Shown: piece by piece, positions 1 to 9,276 of the stretch
Layout of the letters: the number at the start of each line of letters is the position of its first letter
How positions within the stretch are numbered: position 1 is the stretch's first letter
From: an uncultured Candidatus Saccharibacteria bacterium
GTDB taxonomy: Bacteria; Patescibacteriota; Minisyncoccia; Phycocordibacterales; DSPV01
DNA length: 53,480 nucleotides
Assembly: GCA_964574355.1 (NCBI GenBank)
Contig: CAZNMD010000004.1
Span: forward strand, 1 to 53,480
Reading direction: 5' to 3'
The notes under the pieces: generated by a model
Told to the model about the DNA's origin: nothing
What the model saw: only the letters and a program-made list of their open reading frames with translations
Databases searched by the model: none
Translations under genes and position numbers: made by a program

Positions 1-2
1 TT

Positions 3-1025
3 GATGCTGCAGGGAATCAATCAGCTTTGAGTGCGGGTGTACCGGCGACGACACAGGCGGTTCCACCTCCTTCTTCCGGTGGCGGCGGAGGCGGTGGGGG
101 TGGTGGCGGAGGAGGCGGAAGTTATACGCCTCCAGCACCTTCTGGCGGAGGAGGTAATGGCGGTGGCAGTGTTCTTGGTGCAATGACCTCGAAAGTGGTA
201 GCTGCAACAACAACTGCCCCAATTAAAACAGTATTGTCACCGCTCACGGTCTCGTTGGGTCGTAGCTCAACTCACGAAGAAGTTGCAACTCTCCAGCGCT
301 TCTTGAAAAGTGAAGGGTATCTCGATCAGAGTAATCCAATAGGTATGTTTGATCTTGCAACAGAAAAGGCAGTACAACAATTCCAACTTGTAAACAATAT
401 TACGATTCCGGGTACTATCTGGGATACGGGGTATGGTTTTGTTGGAGCAAAAACACGTGCTGTCATTAATGATATTATTGCAAAGAAATATAGTTCAAGT
501 GATGTGGTAAATAACATACAGAATGTTGCTGTGACACCGATTGTTGCGGCCTGCGCGACATCGACTTCTGTGGTAAAAAAACCAGCTCTTGAGTTGAAAC
601 CAATAAGTGCCTCAATAGGCTTAACCTCTGAAGGTGCTGACGTAAAAACACTTCAGTTGTTTCTACGAGCCGAAGGTTACTTAACAAAAGAGGTTACGTT
701 GGGTTATTTTGGACGAGCAACACAGGTAGCCGTTGAACAATACCAACTCGCAAACGATATTACGATTCCGGGTACTATCTGGGATACGGGATATGGTTTT
801 GTGGGTGGTAAGACAAAGACGTTCATAAATGACCTTATTGCGAAGAAGTATAGTGTTATTACTACAATTTCTTCAAATCCTTCATGTGTAACAAGTAAAA
901 AGAGTGTTGCAGAAATGATGACACTTATTGCACAACTATTAGAAATGGTTAAGAGTTTGCAATCGCAGCTTGCTTTGATTCAGTCATCAGGGCAACTTGC
1001 CGCGGCTTCATCACAGGGGCACTAA
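3..1025 (+). CDS. Cell-wall-associated protein with poly-Gly tract and two peptidoglycan-binding (PG_binding_1-like) repeats; 5' end cut by window edge
   Basis: Frame is open from base 3 with no upstream stop. Two ~120-aa repeats each carry LQxFLxxEGYL...ATxxAVxQ(F/Y)QLxNxITIPGTIWDTGYGFVG. Gly run SSGGGGGGGGGGGGGGS. TAA at 1023-1025. Confidence 0.6.
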   Translation, partial: DAAGNQSALSAGVPATTQAVPPPSSGGGGGGGGGGGGGGSYTPPAPSGGGGNGGGSVLGAMTSKVVAATTTAPIKTVLSPLTVSLGRSSTHEEVATLQRFLKSEGYLDQSNPIGMFDLATEKAVQQFQLVNNITIPGTIWDTGYGFVGAKTRAVINDIIAKKYSSSDVVNNIQNVAVTPIVAACATSTSVVKKPALELKPISASIGLTSEGADVKTLQLFLRAEGYLTKEVTLGYFGRATQVAVEQYQLANDITIPGTIWDTGYGFVGGKTKTFINDLIAKKYSVITTISSNPSCVTSKKSVAEMMTLIAQLLEMVKSLQSQLALIQSSGQLAAASSQGH

Positions 1026-1041
1026 TTTCTTCCTTTAAAAT

Positions 1042-1740
1042 TTATAAAGGGTTCTTAAGCGGTATTCCAGTAGGGCGGGGATACCGCTTTGGCGTTTCTG
1101 ATGTTTTTTGTATAAGTATTAGTTGTCGTGCTGATAGATTGGGAATCGTAACAGGGATTATTTTTATGATTGATCCGCCGAGCTCTTTGAGTGCCTGTTC
1201 ACTCGTCTCTATTTGTTCTCCTGTTGATTTTTGGGCAATGAATAAGCCTCCAACTCGAACGAAAGGAAGTGCATACTCAAGGAGGGTGGGTAGTCCGGCG
1301 ACGGCGCGAGCGAGTGCCACGTCAAAATATTCCCGGTAGACATTTTTTGTTCCAACTTCTTCGGCACGTCCGTTAATAATTGATACATTTGATAGGCCAA
1401 TTTTTTCAATTGCTTGTTTTATGAACTCGGTTTTTTTCCCTGTAGCTTCAAGGCAAGTTACGTTACTATTTGGTCGGACAATGGCAATAGGAAGGCCGGG
1501 AAAGCCGGCACCGCTTCCAATATCAATGAGTGATTTTGTGTCAGCTGGTAGGATCGGTAAAACAGAAAGTGAGTCAAGAAAGTGTTTTATTTCAATTTCT
1601 CTTGGGTCAGAAATACCTGTCAGATTATGATTTTCGTTTTCCTGAATTAAAAAATTGCGCAAGGTTTCAAATTGTTGTCCTTGTTTTTCGGTTAGAATGA
1701 TCCCGAATTCTTTATCTGCGATGGTTATCCAATTTTCCAT
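1042..1740 (-). CDS. rsmG: 16S rRNA (guanine527-N7)-methyltransferase RsmG/GidB
   Basis: Motifs NLTGISDPREIEIKHFLDSL and the SAM-binding DIGSGAGFPGLPIAI, then ATGKKTEFI...GRAEE. Start placed at the internal ATG (MENW...); the ORF track extends to 1770. Confidence 0.85.
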   Translation of the reverse strand: MENWITIADKEFGIILTEKQGQQFETLRNFLIQENENHNLTGISDPREIEIKHFLDSLSVLPILPADTKSLIDIGSGAGFPGLPIAIVRPNSNVTCLEATGKKTEFIKQAIEKIGLSNVSIINGRAEEVGTKNVYREYFDVALARAVAGLPTLLEYALPFVRVGGLFIAQKSTGEQIETSEQALKELGGSIIKIIPVTIPNLSARQLILIQKTSETPKRYPRPTGIPLKNPL

Positions 1741-1866
1741 ATTCGCGCCTATAGTAACATGTTTAATCAACTATGCTTGCGAGCATTCTTTCAACGCGTT
1801 ATGCTCCGGCTAGACTTCAAGTCTATTCGGTCGTTCATTGAAAAAACCACAAACCAAGGATTCTGA

Positions 1867-3201
1867 GTGAAAAACTTTATTCTCGATACAAATGTTCTTC
1901 TCCATGATCCCTCGGGTGCACTGTACGCGTTTCAAGACAATCATGTCTATATTCCAATTCGAGTCCTTGAAGAAATTGATCGGAAAAAACACAGTCCGGA
2001 TCTCGGATTTCATGCACGCGAATTGTCTCGCCATTTGGATGCGCTTTTTGAGACATGTGACGATATGTTGGCAGGGGCGCAAACGCCTGGCGGTGGACGT
2101 GTATTTGTTGATTTAAACGGCGATGATGTTCAGGCACTTCCTGGGTATCTCGAAAAAACAACAGATAACATGATTCTTTTGGCTGCTAGGCGCTTGGAGC
2201 AAGCCCACAAGAATCATGGAGGAGTAACGCTTGTTACAAAAGACACCAATTTGCGCGTTAAGGCAAAGAGGATGGGGATTAGGGCAGAAGATTATCGTTT
2301 CGACAAGACGGATCCAACGAGTATCCTCCATACTGGTCTTGCTGATATTAATGTTAGCGAAGATGTCATTCATAGCTTTTCGGCTGCGAATGATGAGCTC
2401 GACGCAACAAGTGAAGGTATACCACAGGGTGTTGTTGACACTTTGTTACACAACACTTGCTGTTGTTTGAAGGCCGGGCAACCTCATCAGTTTGTTCTGG
2501 CAATTTATAACCAGGAAAAGAGGTGTTTCAAGTATGTGCTGAAGCCAGCTCGTCGTGACAAGGGTCATGGTGCAGTTTTTCCAAGAAATAACGAACAGTG
2601 CTTTGCTTATGATTTGGTTTCAAACCCAGAAAATGAGTTGATTACGTTTCTTGGCGGGGCGGGTACTGGCAAAACGATGATCGGGCTTCTTGCGGCGATT
2701 GATCAACTTGAAGCAGGTCAGTATGAACGTATTGTGGTTTGTCGACCAACAGAGGAGGTTGGTAAGCCAATGGGTTTTCTTCCTGGAACGCATGAGGAAA
2801 AGTTTGGACCTCATGCTGCTCCAATCATATCTCGGTTAAAGCTGATTGGACTCGGTAGGAAAAATTCTAAGATCGATGGGTGGTTGAAGGATGGTAAGAT
2901 CGAAATTAGACCCATTAACTATATTCGCGGAGACACGTTTGATCATGCTGTTTTGTTTGTTGATGAGGGACAGAATTTTTGTCCGCTTGATGTAAAGACG
3001 ATTATTACTCGGGCGGGTCAAGGTACGATGGTCGTCCTAAATGGTGACCCGAGCCAGATCGATGCTCCTTATCTTGATCCACTTACGAATGGCCTGGTTC
3101 ATGTCGTGTCTCGATATAAAGGGCGTCCTCGGTATGCCCACCTTAAGTTGGTTAAAGGTGAAAGATCTCGTCTTGCTGAAGAAGCCGCACGCATTCTTTG
3201 A
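1867..3201 (+). CDS. PIN-domain/PhoH-like ATPase fusion (PhoH2/YlaK-type)
   Basis: N-terminal PIN signature FILDTNVLLHDP...PIRVLEEID. C-terminal PhoH NTPase with Walker A GGAGTGKT and FVDEGQN. GTG start. Confidence 0.8.
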   Translation: MKNFILDTNVLLHDPSGALYAFQDNHVYIPIRVLEEIDRKKHSPDLGFHARELSRHLDALFETCDDMLAGAQTPGGGRVFVDLNGDDVQALPGYLEKTTDNMILLAARRLEQAHKNHGGVTLVTKDTNLRVKAKRMGIRAEDYRFDKTDPTSILHTGLADINVSEDVIHSFSAANDELDATSEGIPQGVVDTLLHNTCCCLKAGQPHQFVLAIYNQEKRCFKYVLKPARRDKGHGAVFPRNNEQCFAYDLVSNPENELITFLGGAGTGKTMIGLLAAIDQLEAGQYERIVVCRPTEEVGKPMGFLPGTHEEKFGPHAAPIISRLKLIGLGRKNSKIDGWLKDGKIEIRPINYIRGDTFDHAVLFVDEGQNFCPLDVKTIITRAGQGTMVVLNGDPSQIDAPYLDPLTNGLVHVVSRYKGRPRYAHLKLVKGERSRLAEEAARIL

Positions 3202-3289
3202 TGGTTTTTTGGTTTCAATCCGCCCCATGATCACTTTGGTGACATGGGGCGTTTTTATAGTAAAAGATGATGGTACAATTTAAGTACGT

Positions 3290-4690
3290 ATGTCGGTTTG
3301 GCCAAAATTTGAGGAAAAAGAATTACCTGCACCACCTCGGTTAGCAAAAGCTGTTGGAGTGGGTATTGTTGTTATGGGTATGGCGATGGGGACAGGTGAG
3401 CTTATAATTTGGCCACATCTCGTTGCAACATACGGACTCAATATTTTGTGGTTTGCTCTGGTTGGTATAACAATTCAGTATTTTATAAATCAGGAGGTTG
3501 CTCGTCATGCGCTCGCAACAGGTGAAAGTTTTTTTACGGCCTCAGCTCGGGTTGTTGGAATCTCAGCGTTATTTTGGTTTATTGCGGCAATTCTTTTGTA
3601 TATTTGGCCAGCATGGGCAACAGCACTCGGAACAATTCTGTCAAAGCTTTTTGGTTTTGGAGGGTACGAGATGTGGGCGTGGGTTTCGCTTGCTCTGGTT
3701 TTAGTGATTACATTTTCTGGAAGAATTGCTTACGAGGTTTTAGAAAAATCTCTCAAAGTTACTGTTCCAACTTTTTTTATTTTGTTAGTTGCTATTAGTT
3801 TTTATAATCTAACCCCAGCACTTCTTAGTGAGGCAATGACAGGACTTTTTAATTTCGGATACGTTCCAGAAAATGTGAATTGGCAAAAACTGTTGGGGGC
3901 AGTTGTTTTTGCTGGAGCTGGTGGAATGCTCAATTTGTGTGTTTCTTTGTGGTATCGAGATAAACAAGCAGGTATGGGGCATTATGTGGGGAGGATTGTG
4001 AATCCTGTTTCTGGTAGGGCAGAAGCAGTGGCAGTAACTGGATTTACTTTTCCTCAAACAGGAGAAAACATATCACGTTGGAAAGGGTGGATGCGATATG
4101 TGCGGGTTGATCAAGGTCTTGTGTTTTGGCTACTTGGTATCCTAACGTTGTTTTTATTGTCGGTTAATGCGTATGCGGTATTGTCTCCCGAAGGAATTAT
4201 TCCTGAAGGTTTGGCGGTGGCCGTAGCTCAGGCTCAGATTTTTGGAAATCAGTGGGGCAAGATTGGAGAAATTCTGTATCTTGGTATGGCTTATCTCATG
4301 CTTTTTTCTGTTATGTGGACGGTACTTGATGCCTTGACTCGAATTGCAACTGACATAATTCACACTAATTCGCGAGCAGGGAAATTACAAAAATTGTTTG
4401 TGTGGGGGTCACATGTTTCCGTGCATCATCTTTACTATGGGTTGATCACTGCTTTTGTTTTTATGTCTGCTCTTTTGGTACCGTTTAAACAGCCACTTAG
4501 TTTCTTGATCGTGAGCTCGGTACTAGGCGGACTTGTTATGGCTATATATATGCCAATTTTAATTTATTTAAACAATTATAAGCTTCCAAAAGCTCTGCGT
4601 CCGAGCTGGTTTACAAACATTATTATGCTTGCGAGTACTGGTTTTTACTGGTTTTTTGCTTACAGAATAATTGTTGAGCAGTTGATGTAG
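3290..4690 (+). CDS. Polytopic membrane transporter, distantly Nramp-like (assignment tentative)
   Basis: 466 aa with about 11 hydrophobic segments. N-terminal MGMAMGTGELIIWPH...QYFINQEVARHALATGE resembles Nramp-related families, but the canonical DPGN/MPH motifs were not seen. Confidence 0.45.
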   Translation: MSVWPKFEEKELPAPPRLAKAVGVGIVVMGMAMGTGELIIWPHLVATYGLNILWFALVGITIQYFINQEVARHALATGESFFTASARVVGISALFWFIAAILLYIWPAWATALGTILSKLFGFGGYEMWAWVSLALVLVITFSGRIAYEVLEKSLKVTVPTFFILLVAISFYNLTPALLSEAMTGLFNFGYVPENVNWQKLLGAVVFAGAGGMLNLCVSLWYRDKQAGMGHYVGRIVNPVSGRAEAVAVTGFTFPQTGENISRWKGWMRYVRVDQGLVFWLLGILTLFLLSVNAYAVLSPEGIIPEGLAVAVAQAQIFGNQWGKIGEILYLGMAYLMLFSVMWTVLDALTRIATDIIHTNSRAGKLQKLFVWGSHVSVHHLYYGLITAFVFMSALLVPFKQPLSFLIVSSVLGGLVMAIYMPILIYLNNYKLPKALRPSWFTNIIMLASTGFYWFFAYRIIVEQLM

Positions 4691-4741
4691 TTTTTCTTTT
4701 GTTGGTCACGGTGTTTTCGGTGTTTTTATCCACCCTAATGC

Positions 4742-4771
4742 TTGTACCGCACACCTTTTACTTGGTATCAT
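4742..4771 (+). promoter_or_regulatory. Sigma70-like promoter for the repeat-protein gene
   Basis: TTGTAC (4742-4747), 18 nt spacer, TGgTATCAT extended -10 (4763-4771), about 48 nt upstream of the ATG at 4819. Confidence 0.4.
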
Positions 4772-4818
4772 GTAAAGAGGACTTGTGTTAACAAATTATC
4801 CGTTTTTCCATACTGAGT

Positions 4819-6684
4819 ATGAATAAAAAAACTTTTGAGCAAGTATTGCCTCGCGTTATTTGGAGTTTTGCAGTGTTTGTGACTGTGGCAGCTTTTTCTT
4901 TTACTTTTTCATCTAAACCTAGCCTCGCACAGTCTGTGCCACAGGGTATTTATTACGTAAGTCCTGCTGCTTCGGGTACCGTTATTCCAGCTTCACAAAC
5001 GTTTACTTGGAACAGTGTTTCTGGAGCGTCTGAATATTGGATAGCTCTAAAGAAAGGGGCTCTAACTTTGTATGAAAGATCAACAGGGTCAAATCCTTCT
5101 GTGACTATCTCCAATATTCCTCAGGATGGCAGTACTGTTACGTTACAGATTTGGTACAGAGTTGGGACCACTTGGTATGCGTCAGCCACTGTTCCTGCGA
5201 AAGAGGTTTCTTATAAGGTAGGGGGGACAGGAAGTACTATCACTTCAATTTTTCCTTCAGTCGGACATCGTTTGAGTTCGTCTCAGAATTTTACGTGGGG
5301 CAGTGTTTCTGGGGCAGCCCAATACTGGGTTCAGTTAAAGCGTGGGACAAAAATTTACTACGACAAGACAAACGGTCTTAATACGGCGGTGACCTTGGGA
5401 GGTATTCCGCAAGATGGTCAAAATGTCACATTGGTGATTTGGTATAAGGTTGGTACGGCGTGGTTGAGCCAGGAGTTTGTGTACGGCACGGAAGTAAGTT
5501 CAGCTAGTCCAGATATCTCCAGTATTTCTCCTGCAATTAATACAAGTTTAAGTTCAACTCAAACCTTTACGTGGAGTGCGGTTTCTGGAGCGACCGAGTA
5601 TTGGGTTCAGTTAAAGCGTGGGACAAAAATTTACTACGACAAGACAAATAGTCTTAGTACTGCAGTAACTTTGGGAGGTATTCCGCAAGATGGTCAAAAT
5701 GTCACATTGGTGATTTGGTATAAGGTTGGTACGGCGTGGTTGAATCAGGAGTTTAATTACAAAACTGAGGGTACTGGTGGTGCCGCAATTACAAGTGTAA
5801 CTCCTGCCGCTAATGCAACAATTCCAGCTTCGCAAACCTTTACGTGGAGTGCGGTTTCTGGAGCGACCGAGTATTGGGTAACACTAAAGAAAGGATCAGT
5901 TACTTTGTATGGTAAATCATCAGGATCAAATCCTTCTGTGACTATTACCAATATTCCTCAGGATGGAAGTACTCTTACTTTCCAGATTTGGTATAAGATG
6001 GGTTCCGCTTGGTATACCTCAAGCAGTGTTCCTGCGAAAGAGGTTTCATATGTTGCAGGTACGGTTACGGGAAGTGGATCAATTACAACGGTAACTCCTG
6101 CTGCCAATGCAACTATTCCAGCCTCACAGACTTTCACTTGGAACAGTGTTTCTGGAGCGTCTGAGTATTGGGCGACGTTAAAGAAAGGATCAGTAACGGT
6201 ATATGAAAGATCAACAGGGTCAAATCCTTCTATAACAATCTCTAACATTCCTCAGGATGGGAGTAGTCTTACTCTTCAGATTTGGTACAAAGTTGGAACT
6301 ACGTGGTATACATCAGCTACTGTTCCTGCGAAGCAAGTAACCTACGTTGGGGGGGCAGGTGGAGGTTGTGTAGGATGTGGTTCGTCAGGAATTGTCACTG
6401 TTTCTCCAACCCCTGGTACAACACTGTCTCAATCGACTCAAGAGTTTAATTGGAATCCAGTTTCAGGTGCTCTTGAATATTGGGTAACTTTAAAGAGGGG
6501 TTCAACAGTGATAGCTAACAAATCAACAGGATCGAATCCTATGATTGTTATTTCGAATATTGTTCACCAACAGGGAAGTGTTCTAACTCTACAAATTTGG
6601 TATCGAATTGGTTCGACGTGGTATATCTCGGGCGCTGTACCAGCAAAAGAGGTGACGTACGGTTCGTCTCCTAACGGTATCTAA
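4819..6684 (+). CDS. Secreted surface protein built of 7 tandem ~90-aa FN3-like repeats
   Basis: Signal/anchor segment VIWSFAVFVTVAAFSFTF. Seven units of the pattern SQTFTW(N/S)(S/A)VSGA(S/T)EYW..LK.G....Y..S.GSNPS..I.NIPQDGS.L.LQIWY.VG..WY. Confidence 0.7.
   Translation: MNKKTFEQVLPRVIWSFAVFVTVAAFSFTFSSKPSLAQSVPQGIYYVSPAASGTVIPASQTFTWNSVSGASEYWIALKKGALTLYERSTGSNPSVTISNIPQDGSTVTLQIWYRVGTTWYASATVPAKEVSYKVGGTGSTITSIFPSVGHRLSSSQNFTWGSVSGAAQYWVQLKRGTKIYYDKTNGLNTAVTLGGIPQDGQNVTLVIWYKVGTAWLSQEFVYGTEVSSASPDISSISPAINTSLSSTQTFTWSAVSGATEYWVQLKRGTKIYYDKTNSLSTAVTLGGIPQDGQNVTLVIWYKVGTAWLNQEFNYKTEGTGGAAITSVTPAANATIPASQTFTWSAVSGATEYWVTLKKGSVTLYGKSSGSNPSVTITNIPQDGSTLTFQIWYKMGSAWYTSSSVPAKEVSYVAGTVTGSGSITTVTPAANATIPASQTFTWNSVSGASEYWATLKKGSVTVYERSTGSNPSITISNIPQDGSSLTLQIWYKVGTTWYTSATVPAKQVTYVGGAGGGCVGCGSSGIVTVSPTPGTTLSQSTQEFNWNPVSGALEYWVTLKRGSTVIANKSTGSNPMIVISNIVHQQGSVLTLQIWYRIGSTWYISGAVPAKEVTYGSSPNGI
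5326..5743 (+). repeat. Near-identical intragenic DNA repeats (units 3 and 4 of the repeat protein), period 276 nt
   Basis: 5326-5372 is identical to 5602-5648 and 5395-5467 is identical to 5671-5743, separated by a 22-nt patch of mostly synonymous differences. A further identical block is 5560-5606 = 5833-5879. Confidence 0.85.
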
Positions 6685-6710
6685 CGGTATTTTAGAAATA
6701 AGCAAAAAAA

Positions 6711-6742
6711 ATAACCGAGGTTTTATCTCGGTTATTTTTTTT
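6711..6742 (+). terminator. Rho-independent terminator
   Basis: 9-bp stem ATAACCGAG/CTCGGTTAT, 7-nt loop, followed by T8. Confidence 0.8.
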
Positions 6743-6798
6743 GAATAGACAAGGAATTTTGAATACTATTTTAGAACTTTTTCTCTCAAGGTATACTA

Positions 6799-7431
6799 TT
6801 GTTCATGGAGTCGTCTGTTGATGAACGAATATTGGTTGATAAGGCACGTCGTGACCCTGAAGCGTTCGGGGTTATTTTTGAAAGGTATTACAGTCCTCTT
6901 TTTTCCTTTGCTTTGCGTCGCACGGGTAATGTTTCTTTAGCTGAAGATGTTGTTGCTGAAACTTTTCTTAAAGCTTTCGACAAGCTTTGGCAGTTTAAAT
7001 GGACAGGTGCCCCTTTTTCTTCGTGGCTATATCGAATTGCGAGCAATGAAATTAATATGCATTTTAGAAAGAAGGGTAATCTAAATCACTCTTTGGAAGC
7101 CATGCTTGAAGCGGACGCTACCTTAGAGCCAGCAGACCTTAATAATGTAAGTGAAGAGTTAATGGAAGCAGAAGAAGCGTATGCACGATCTGTTGCAGGA
7201 AAAGGTGCTGTAGAACTCTTGAATATGTTGCCGGAGCATTATAGAGACGCTCTTTCTTTGCGTTATCTTGAGGAAAAAAGTGTCACGGAGGTTGCTACAT
7301 TGTTGAATAAACCAGAAGGGACCATCAAGTCACTTCTTTCTCGGGGTATTGGTAAGTTGCGCGAGTTGGCCCAATCGCAACCAGATCGAATCAGCGGCAT
7401 TTTAGAAAGGAGTGGTGGTGAAACGCTATGA
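6799..7431 (+). CDS. ECF-type RNA polymerase sigma-70 family factor
   Basis: Region 2 (FERYYSPLFSFALRRTGNVSLAEDVVAETFLKAF...FSSWLYRIASNE) and region 4 (LPEHYRDALSLRYLEEKSVTEVATLLNKPEGTIKSLLSRG). TTG start, alternative ATG at 6805. Confidence 0.85.
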   Translation: MFMESSVDERILVDKARRDPEAFGVIFERYYSPLFSFALRRTGNVSLAEDVVAETFLKAFDKLWQFKWTGAPFSSWLYRIASNEINMHFRKKGNLNHSLEAMLEADATLEPADLNNVSEELMEAEEAYARSVAGKGAVELLNMLPEHYRDALSLRYLEEKSVTEVATLLNKPEGTIKSLLSRGIGKLRELAQSQPDRISGILERSGGETL

Positions 7432-8099
7432 AAAAGCTTACTGAACAAAACATAGAGCAGTTTTTAATGAAAGCCGGTCGTGAACGGGTCCCTGTTCTTT
7501 CGTATCGCAAAGATGCTTTAAAAAAATCACTTACACGTCGAATTGTTGCACGTACATCTCCGTACACACCTTTTATGAGGGTCCTTATTCCTGCATTGTT
7601 GATTCTCTTGGTTGTGTTTGTAGGGGGCGAGAGAAAAAATGGTTTGCCGGGTGAAGTTGCCAGGTTTCTTGATGGTTCTCAAATTGCGGTGACTGAGCTT
7701 TCTCCTGCTGAAAAAGATCTTTTATCTGTTCAAACTGGAGTAGATATTTCTACTATTATTTCAATGATTACAAAAGGTAAGGAAGTGTCTTTTGTTGAAG
7801 GTGTTTCAGATTCTGATTCCACAGGCGGTCCAGAGGTTATGATGATGGTTGCCCCAGCTTCTTTCAAGGTGGCGCCTGTTGAGGATCCAATACCAGGAGG
7901 AGATGAAACAAGTTTAAGAACAATGAATGTGTCCAATGATGTCGCTTCCCCAGAGCCATTATCGTATACGGTACAACCCTTTGTTCCTGTTACGTTTATC
8001 CGTTTTGCAGATGTTTCGGGTAAAGTTTTTATTATTGGTTTTGATGAAAGATCGGTTCCGGTTTTCTTGAAAGAGGTGTTTATGGTCGGTGCACCTTAA
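7428..8099 (+). CDS. Putative anti-sigma factor (single-pass membrane protein)
   Basis: ATGA overlap with the sigma stop and a GGAG-type RBS. One TM (LIPALLILLVVFVGG) after a short cytoplasmic N-terminus. The position is typical of ECF anti-sigma partners, but I recognised no sequence family. Confidence 0.5.
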   Translation: MKKLTEQNIEQFLMKAGRERVPVLSYRKDALKKSLTRRIVARTSPYTPFMRVLIPALLILLVVFVGGERKNGLPGEVARFLDGSQIAVTELSPAEKDLLSVQTGVDISTIISMITKGKEVSFVEGVSDSDSTGGPEVMMMVAPASFKVAPVEDPIPGGDETSLRTMNVSNDVASPEPLSYTVQPFVPVTFIRFADVSGKVFIIGFDERSVPVFLKEVFMVGAP

Positions 8100-8190
8100 T
8101 CAGTTTTTTGTTTTTAGCTTAAGAAAGTGTTTTGGAATAAGGGATTTTTTCTCCACACAAGTGTTCGGAAAGGGAGAGTATAATAGTTCT

Positions 8191-8850
8191 ATGGATAGAC
8201 CGCCTTTTATCTCGTGGCGGAGCGAGTTGTTGTCAGTCATTATTTTGGGTGTGATTGCTGCCGCTTCGGCATATTTGTTCAATGTATTACCAAATACAGT
8301 GGTGACACATTGGAATCTTTCTGGTGAGCCAAACGGGTACAGTTCGCGAATGTTTGTTGTTTTATTTTTTCCTATACTTGCTTTGAGTGTGTATCTTTTA
8401 ATGCTTTCTGTTTGGCGTCTTGATCCGAAACGTGGCAGGTATCAAGAATTTAAACGGTCGTATCACGGGATAAAGACATTACTTTTGTTTTTTATTGCGG
8501 GTATATATGCTCTTGTGGCTTGGGCAGGCTTAGGACATGAGGTGTACATGTCAGTTAGTATGCCTCTTATGCTCAGTTTTTTATTTTTAGGTGTTGGTTT
8601 TTATTTACCACACATTAAACAAAATTGGATGTTTGGTGTGAGGACTCCCTGGACGCTCGGATCAGAGTTGGTGTGGAACAAAACTCATCAATTGGCAGGA
8701 AAGACTTTTATGATTGGAGGTTTTTTATTTTTGGTAAGCAGTTTGTTTTCTGGGACCGTACAGATTATTTGTTTTACTTTCGGTATTCTTGTTGCGGTAG
8801 TAGTTCCGGTTGTTTATTCTTATTTTCTTTTCTCTCGTGGACGAAAATAA
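8191..8850 (+). CDS. SdpI/YhfL-family membrane protein (DUF1648 + SdpI-like)
   Basis: THWNLSGEPNGYSSR (DUF1648 hallmark) and NWMFGVRTPWTLGSELVWNKTH (SdpI-like). Start moved to the ATG at 8191, which follows AGGGAGAG. Confidence 0.7.
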   Translation: MDRPPFISWRSELLSVIILGVIAAASAYLFNVLPNTVVTHWNLSGEPNGYSSRMFVVLFFPILALSVYLLMLSVWRLDPKRGRYQEFKRSYHGIKTLLLFFIAGIYALVAWAGLGHEVYMSVSMPLMLSFLFLGVGFYLPHIKQNWMFGVRTPWTLGSELVWNKTHQLAGKTFMIGGFLFLVSSLFSGTVQIICFTFGILVAVVVPVVYSYFLFSRGRK

Positions 8851-8887
8851 AAACAATGGTAGAAAGTTTCGAGTGCGTCTGGTAGGT

Positions 8888-9253
8888 ATGATTGTCTTAG
8901 TTTTTTTGATTGCAGCACTCTTTTTCTCTTTTGTCGTACGTCAGAATGAATATTCGGTTGTCGATACTGTTTCTGATTTTTATGTCTCTTTTCTTGATAG
9001 CGATGGCGTGGGTGATGTTTCGCTTGTTACCGATCGATTTCGTGAAGTTCTTAGGTCAGGAGCGGCGCCGGGAATAGTAATGTGCGGTTTTTCTTCATTG
9101 ACTGAGGTGCGTGTTGGTATGGGTGCAGCTTTCTGGAACGATGCATCGGTCAGCGTTACCCTACAAGAGGCAACTTCGTCACGAGAAGCTCTTGTTGTCT
9201 TAAAAAAGACAAGTGGAACGTGGCACATTGATGCTATTGCGTGTCAACCGTAA
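8888..9253 (+). CDS. Hypothetical N-terminally anchored protein
   Basis: ORF with TM MIVLVFLIAALFFSFVV followed by a soluble domain. Start is uncertain (the ORF track opens at 8810). Confidence 0.4.
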   Translation: MIVLVFLIAALFFSFVVRQNEYSVVDTVSDFYVSFLDSDGVGDVSLVTDRFREVLRSGAAPGIVMCGFSSLTEVRVGMGAAFWNDASVSVTLQEATSSREALVVLKKTSGTWHIDAIACQP

Positions 9254-9276
9254 GGTATATAGTATTGATGATATCT

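Noticed and set aside
60-180. G-rich tracts (GGTGGCGGCGGAGGCGGTGGGGG...) as G-quadruplex or repeat elements; a similar tract occurs at 35280-35340
   Set aside because: Both are in frame and encode poly-Gly linkers or tails in proteins whose families typically carry them, so there is no need for a DNA-level function.
4726-4734. DnaA-box-like TTATCCACC near rsmG, suggesting oriC
   Set aside because: It is a single imperfect box with no cluster, no dnaA/dnaN and no AT-rich unwinding element nearby.
5326-5743. Diversity-generating retroelement (template/variable repeat) explanation for the near-identical repeats
   Set aside because: There is no reverse transcriptase gene in the window. The differences between the copies are not adenine-specific (C/T, G/A, A/G and G/T changes) and are mostly synonymous.
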